64,000 nucleotides of DNA, taken from the NCBI GenBank assembly GCA_001805445.1, contig MHGF01000036.1, forward strand, positions 7,526 through 71,525. The letters are read 5' to 3'. Shown one piece after another: positions 59,436 to 64,000 of this stretch. This DNA comes from Omnitrophica WOR_2 bacterium GWF2_43_52. GTDB taxonomy: Bacteria > Omnitrophota > Gorgyraeia > Gygaellales > UBA12090. Numbering within the stretch: position 1 is the stretch's first letter; each line of letters begins with the position of its first letter. Under the pieces are notes generated by a model. It did not search any database. It was given only the letters and a program-made list of their open reading frames with translations, and had not been told where the DNA came from. Both the position numbers and the translations under genes were made by a program.

Positions 59436-60440
59436 GTGAAATTGCGGAATAAGTTGAAGATCGCCAAAGAAACCTTAGAAGTAAAATTTCTTAAAAAGAA
59501 AATTCCTATAGCGGTGACATGGGCGATTACCAATACCTGTAATTTGCAATGTAGATATTGCGGAAGGTGGAAAACAAATTCTGATGAGCTGTCAACGCAG
59601 GAGGCGAAGATAATTATCGAACAGCTTGCTCATGCTGGGTGCATGAGAATATCTTTTTTAGGAGGAGAACCTTTATTGAGAAAGGATATTGGAGATTTAA
59701 TTAATTTCTGTAAGGCGAAAGGTATTTCTATCAGTTTGATTTCGAATGGATATTTTGTTGCAGAAAAAATAAGCAAAATAAGCAATATTGATTTGCTGGA
59801 ATTAAGCATCGATGGAATTAATGATGAGGCAAATTTCTTAAGAGGCAAGGGTCTGTATGAAAGAGTGCTCACCGCGTTTAACTATGCTCGCGGAGCTGGG
59901 GTAAAAACGGTATTCAAGACGGTGTTGACAAAATATAATTTACATCACATAGGATCTATCCTGGAATTTGCCGTTAAGTGCGAAACGGGGGTTATGTTTG
60001 GCCCTGTAAGTTCTCTTCATTTCGCGAATGAAGAAATAAAGGAATTATTCCCCGATAGGGGAGAATTCAGAAGGGCTATAGAAATGCTTATGTGTGAAAA
60101 GAAACGAGGCAAGCCTATAATTAATTCAATGTATGCCTTACGGTATATGAGGGATTGGCCATATCCGCATCAGTGCCCTTGTTTTGCCGGCAGGGCGTTT
60201 TGCCATATAGCGCCGAATGGCATGGTGTATCCTTGTGCTGCTTTGGAAGGCAAAATAGAACCTTTCGTTTTTAAGGAATATGATTTTAAGAATATACTTC
60301 GTATTCTTTCCCGCGCTGATTTTAAGTGTGATGGCTGCTGGTGCAAGGGGACATTAGAATTTAATTACCTCCTTGCGTTGAAGCCATCTGCGCTACTATC
60401 GCTCTCAGATTGGATGGTAGTCTATAAAGAATTGATGTAG
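59436..60440 (+). CDS. Radical SAM/SPASM-domain protein, paralog 3
   Basis: IPIAVTWAITNTCNLQCRYCG; LGGEPLL; CPCFAGRAFCH...YPC...CDGCWCKGTLEFN. Confidence 0.75.
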   Translation: MKLRNKLKIAKETLEVKFLKKKIPIAVTWAITNTCNLQCRYCGRWKTNSDELSTQEAKIIIEQLAHAGCMRISFLGGEPLLRKDIGDLINFCKAKGISISLISNGYFVAEKISKISNIDLLELSIDGINDEANFLRGKGLYERVLTAFNYARGAGVKTVFKTVLTKYNLHHIGSILEFAVKCETGVMFGPVSSLHFANEEIKELFPDRGEFRRAIEMLMCEKKRGKPIINSMYALRYMRDWPYPHQCPCFAGRAFCHIAPNGMVYPCAALEGKIEPFVFKEYDFKNILRILSRADFKCDGCWCKGTLEFNYLLALKPSALLSLSDWMVVYKELM

Positions 60441-60445
60441 AAATT

Positions 60446-61441
60446 ATGGTGATGACATTAAGGAAGAAGATTGGGTTCGCGATCCCATTGTTAAATTTTC
60501 TTTTATTTAAGAAGAAAATCCCTTTTTTCATCGGATGGATGTTAACGGCACGGTGCAATAAGCAATGTAAATATTGCAGTATTTGGGATAGACGGGAGGC
60601 CGAATTGGATACCGGCACTATTATAGCTGTCGTTAGACAATTATCGCGGTTAGGAACCAAGTTTATTTCATTTTCAGGCGGCGAACCATTGTTAAGAGAT
60701 GATATAGGGGAAATAATCGATTGTGTTTCGCACCATAAAATGTATGTAAAAATCAATTCAAACGGGGCGTTGTTTGCCCAAAAGATACACAGGCTCAGGA
60801 AATTGAACGAAATAAAGCTCAGCCTTGATGGCCCAGAGGAAATACAGGATGAATTACGAGGAAAGGGTTCTTACCGGGAAGCTATAGCTGCGGCTACTGA
60901 CGCTAAAAGAAATATGATCAAGGTCAGTTTTAACACAGTTCTCTCAGCGCATAATCTTACCTGCCTTGGTTTTATATTGGATATCGCTAGGAAATTTGAG
61001 GCAAAAGTCACTTTTCAACCAGCAACTCCTTTTTTACTGGGAGGCGATAAAGTGAATCCCGTTACGCCTTTGCAGAATGACTACAGACGGGCAATAGCCA
61101 TACTCATCAATACCAAGAAAATGAATAAGCATATAGCTAATTCATTTTCAGGGTTAGCGTATCTTTATCGCTGGCCCTATGCGGTAAGAAAAATGCATTG
61201 TTACGGAGGGCGCTTTGGCTGCCGCATAGAGGTTAATGGTGCTCTTTCCCATTGCGGCGTATATCGTCATAAGGAAGATAGTGGTAATTTACAGAATTGC
61301 AAGCACTCAGATTTTAAACTCGCGTTCCAGAGGCTCGCGGAGATTTATTGTAATGAGTGCTGGTGCGCTCCGGATATCGAGATAAATTCTCTAATTTCGT
61401 TGCAACCGGAAGTTTTATGGAATAGTTTATTTTCTGGTTAG
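60446..61441 (+). CDS. Radical SAM/SPASM-domain protein, paralog 4
   Basis: IPFFIGWMLTARCNKQCKYCS; SGGEPLL; CYGGRFGC...CNECWC. Confidence 0.75.
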   Translation: MVMTLRKKIGFAIPLLNFLLFKKKIPFFIGWMLTARCNKQCKYCSIWDRREAELDTGTIIAVVRQLSRLGTKFISFSGGEPLLRDDIGEIIDCVSHHKMYVKINSNGALFAQKIHRLRKLNEIKLSLDGPEEIQDELRGKGSYREAIAAATDAKRNMIKVSFNTVLSAHNLTCLGFILDIARKFEAKVTFQPATPFLLGGDKVNPVTPLQNDYRRAIAILINTKKMNKHIANSFSGLAYLYRWPYAVRKMHCYGGRFGCRIEVNGALSHCGVYRHKEDSGNLQNCKHSDFKLAFQRLAEIYCNECWCAPDIEINSLISLQPEVLWNSLFSG

Positions 61442-61453
61442 GAATACTGCGCT

Positions 61454-62461
61454 ATGAGATTTCAGGACACTATGAGCTATTTAATCAGGTTATTGAAGAT
61501 CAAATTCTTTAATAATGGATTTCCCTTTGTTGTAAGATGGGATATTACGGCGCGTTGCCCCATGCAATGCAGATATTGCGATATATGGAAGCTAAAGATA
61601 AAAGAGTTAAATACCGCCACAATCCTGAGAATTATAGATGAAATGGCGCAGGAGGGAGTAAAAAAAATTTCTTTTTCCGGAGGGGAACCTTTGCTGAGGG
61701 AAGATATCTGCGAGATCGTGCATTATACCAAGGCAAAAGGAATATCCGCAGAGATTAATTCTACAGGGTATTCATTTGCCGATAAGGCGGAAAGATTGAA
61801 ATCTCTGGATTTAATAAAACTAAGCCTTGATGGCCCAAAAGAAATACATGATGTAGTACGAGGCAGGGAAGGGGCGTATGATTCTGTTATTGATGCTGCT
61901 TTGGCTGCGAAGAAACAAAGGATACCATTTAGGTTTTGCGTTACCCTGTCAGGGTATAATATCCAGTATGTTGGCTTTTTACTGCAGTTAGCCAGAGATT
62001 GTGAAGCGAAGATTGTTTTTCAGCCGTTAAAAGATATCAGGTATTTGAAGCATTGCAGTTTTATCTTTAAAACGGAGGAACAGCTTTTCCCTGCTCCTGA
62101 GCAGTTTCAGAAAGCGATACATATGCTTTTAAAATGTTGTAAAGAAGAAAGGCGCCTGATAAGCAATAGCCCTCAAACTTTGAGGCATATATATTATTGG
62201 CCAAAGTATGCAAAGCTGAAATGTTGGGCAGGCAAGATTTTTTGCATGATAAGTCCATCCGGCGAGATTTCGCCCTGTGATCGTCTTTTTTATGATGTGC
62301 AACTGCCTAACTGCGCGCAGACATCCTTTCGTCAAGCAGTTACAATGATGCCGCGTTTGCCTTTTTGTGAAGGGTGTGGTTTTTGGGGGTCATTGGTATT
62401 GAATTACGCTGCCAATTTTAAAGCTGATTTGGAATTGCTGAGAAAGGCAGCTCAATGCTGA
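61454..62461 (+). CDS. Radical SAM/SPASM-domain protein, paralog 5
   Basis: FPFVVRWDITARCPMQCRYCD; SGGEPLL; CWAGKIFC...CEGCGFWG. Confidence 0.75.
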   Translation: MRFQDTMSYLIRLLKIKFFNNGFPFVVRWDITARCPMQCRYCDIWKLKIKELNTATILRIIDEMAQEGVKKISFSGGEPLLREDICEIVHYTKAKGISAEINSTGYSFADKAERLKSLDLIKLSLDGPKEIHDVVRGREGAYDSVIDAALAAKKQRIPFRFCVTLSGYNIQYVGFLLQLARDCEAKIVFQPLKDIRYLKHCSFIFKTEEQLFPAPEQFQKAIHMLLKCCKEERRLISNSPQTLRHIYYWPKYAKLKCWAGKIFCMISPSGEISPCDRLFYDVQLPNCAQTSFRQAVTMMPRLPFCEGCGFWGSLVLNYAANFKADLELLRKAAQC

Positions 62462-62488
62462 AAGACAGAGTGAACTATAAAAACTAAT

Positions 62489-64000
62489 ATGGCAAGGGTA
62501 AAATCTGTTAATGGTAGCTTTCATTATTCGGTGTTTATGCTTGTTTTTTTTATTGCTGCCTATACAGGTTTTTTTTCCTATTTATCGGTTTTAAAGTATA
62601 AAGCGTTTTTTTCCCTCGCGGGAGATGATCTGGCCATAAGTAATAATATTCTTTGGCATAGCGCGAAAGGTAATTTCTTTTACCAGAGTATAGGAGAGCA
62701 CCTTTTAGATTTTCACGCGGGGTTTTTTTATTTTTTCCTTTCCGCAGCGTATAGGCTCTATCCGCACATCCCTACCCTTTTTGTATTTGAACATTTCGCA
62801 TTGGCATTGGGAAGCATCCCTCTGTACCATATTGGGAAGAAATTATTTAATTCAAGGCGCATTGCTTTCGTATCTGCTGTAGCGTATCTTTTTTCTAATC
62901 ATCTCCATCAACTCAGTTTTGCGGATCAGAATCCTATGGTAGCATTTTCAGTAACATTTTTCCTATGCGCCTTTTATTTCTTTTACAAAAGAAATTTAGC
63001 AGGATTTGTTATCTTTGCTTTATTAACGATGGCATGCCGTGAGGATGCCGCTTTCACAATTGCCGCCTTTAGCCTCTATGCTTTCCTGAAAAGAACTGAT
63101 TTAAGATGGAAAGTTATCCCTGGATTGCTTGGGGGAGGGTATTTTTTGGTTTTTTGGCATTTTCTATCCCCTTTTTTGAATTACAGCCCGCACAATCATC
63201 CATATATATGGAATTTTTTTGGTGAAAATCAAAACAAGTATACCTTGAGTCAGCTGGTATTAAATAATTTTACTCATTTTATTCAGCGTATTATTCGTAT
63301 TGATTCTTTCAGAACGATAGTAAATTTTTTTATTCACCCGGTATATTGCGTGTTTTTTTTGTTTTCGCCTCTCATTTTTGTGTTAAGCTTGCCAACGTTG
63401 CTCGCAATTCAGCTGTCTGCCCAAAAGTATTTTGTCAGTCTCGAGTCAGTACACCATTTTGCCTTAGGGGTGCCGGTATTCTTTTTGGCCAGTTTATCCG
63501 GGATTTATAACATCGCTGCATTATTACAGAAGAATGGGATTCTCCGCAGCCATTCAGCTAAAAACAAAATGCTTTGGTTGTTGGTTATCTTGTTTTCTCT
63601 ATTTCAGGTATCTTCCAATTTCGGGAGGAATATCCGTTTACCCTATGGAGGATTGTACCGTGAGGATTTAGATATAGCCGACCATCGTTTTGTTGCAGCA
63701 AAAAATATGTATGACCCCGTCTTTTACCGACAAGATGAGCACGACAAGAAGGCATGGGATCTTATCACAATGATACCAACAGAGGCATCGGTTTCTACAT
63801 CTAAGACTTATCTCGCAGCATTATCTTCAAGGGATAAAATTTTTTATTTTGGCACAAAAAGAGAGAGCAACGACTCTGAGGGGCATGATTTTGACGTTGA
63901 CTATATTTTTTTGAATAAAAATAATGATTATTCAGGGTTTGGCGGAATAGAAATAGGCCATTCGGTTGTTGCTCAAAAAATGCCTATACTGCGTCAGAGA
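62489..64000 (+). CDS. Polytopic membrane protein (DUF2079-like), 3'-truncated by the window end; paralog of 56696-58276
   Basis: Open frame from ATG 62489 to the window end. Shares VLKYKAFFSLAGDDLAI (like VIKYRTLFTLNPISLAGF) and NMYDPVFYRQDEHDKKAWDLITMIPTEASVSTSKTYLAALSSRDKIFYFG blocks with the paralog. Confidence 0.6.
   Translation, partial: MARVKSVNGSFHYSVFMLVFFIAAYTGFFSYLSVLKYKAFFSLAGDDLAISNNILWHSAKGNFFYQSIGEHLLDFHAGFFYFFLSAAYRLYPHIPTLFVFEHFALALGSIPLYHIGKKLFNSRRIAFVSAVAYLFSNHLHQLSFADQNPMVAFSVTFFLCAFYFFYKRNLAGFVIFALLTMACREDAAFTIAAFSLYAFLKRTDLRWKVIPGLLGGGYFLVFWHFLSPFLNYSPHNHPYIWNFFGENQNKYTLSQLVLNNFTHFIQRIIRIDSFRTIVNFFIHPVYCVFFLFSPLIFVLSLPTLLAIQLSAQKYFVSLESVHHFALGVPVFFLASLSGIYNIAALLQKNGILRSHSAKNKMLWLLVILFSLFQVSSNFGRNIRLPYGGLYREDLDIADHRFVAAKNMYDPVFYRQDEHDKKAWDLITMIPTEASVSTSKTYLAALSSRDKIFYFGTKRESNDSEGHDFDVDYIFLNKNNDYSGFGGIEIGHSVVAQKMPILRQR

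Noticed and set aside
526-62335. Numerous 60-190-aa minus-strand ORFs in the six-frame track (e.g. 5120-5758, 9082-9504, 14790-15293, 32558-32950, 33729-34277, 35180-35743, 45645-46046, 47084-47521)
   Set aside because: All are fully antisense to long, well-supported plus-strand genes with recognisable domains. They lack RBSs and have biased, low-complexity translations typical of shadow ORFs.

Overview
This 64-kb window is almost entirely + strand and densely coded (about 42% GC, with notable GC-rich islands). It looks like an uncultivated bacterial lineage. 

The first half is housekeeping: rsmE C-terminus, an MtaB-like methylthiotransferase, cvpA, dnaG-rpoD, tRNA-Gly(TCC), yjbQ, a divergent ThyA-like thymidylate synthase, gpsA, a GIY-YIG protein, tRNA-Pro(GGG), a GroES-like protein, PilZ, hom-thrC, coaB, an NTase, TPM/LemA, an ApgM-like gene, lysC, cimA, valS, nadC, uvrB and birA-coaX. 

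At 22.1-25.1 kb sits a module of a Ycf46-like AAA+ ATPase, a zinc-ribbon membrane protein, DUF1257 (Ycf35-like) and DUF2997. 

From 32.6 kb to the window end (>31 kb) runs one co-directional glycoconjugate locus. It holds four GT4s, a GT2 with a coiled-coil tail, a WecA/MraY-like transferase, a Glf-like flavoenzyme and Wzm/Wzt. It also holds three large GT-C-like membrane proteins and an unusual concentration of radical SAM enzymes. These are four B12-binding radical SAMs, five tandem SPASM-type radical SAM paralogs, and a radical SAM/SPASM domain fused to a GT4. I flag this locus as the most likely undescribed system. 

The noncoding and intragenic repeats are also notable. There are three copies of a ~150-nt palindrome built from ATCAGG/CCTGAT hexamers. 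There are two copies of a ~100-nt GC-rich structured element. A 22-bp palindrome CCTGCCTGCCGGCAAGGCAGGG occurs four times, once nested inside another element and once inside valS with 13-bp direct-repeat flanks. A GGGGCGTGCCCCG palindrome array lies upstream of tRNA-Pro. Several in-frame simple-sequence insertions sit in valS, thrC and nadC. 

All calls rest on reading the translations and nucleotides by eye. No database searches were run.
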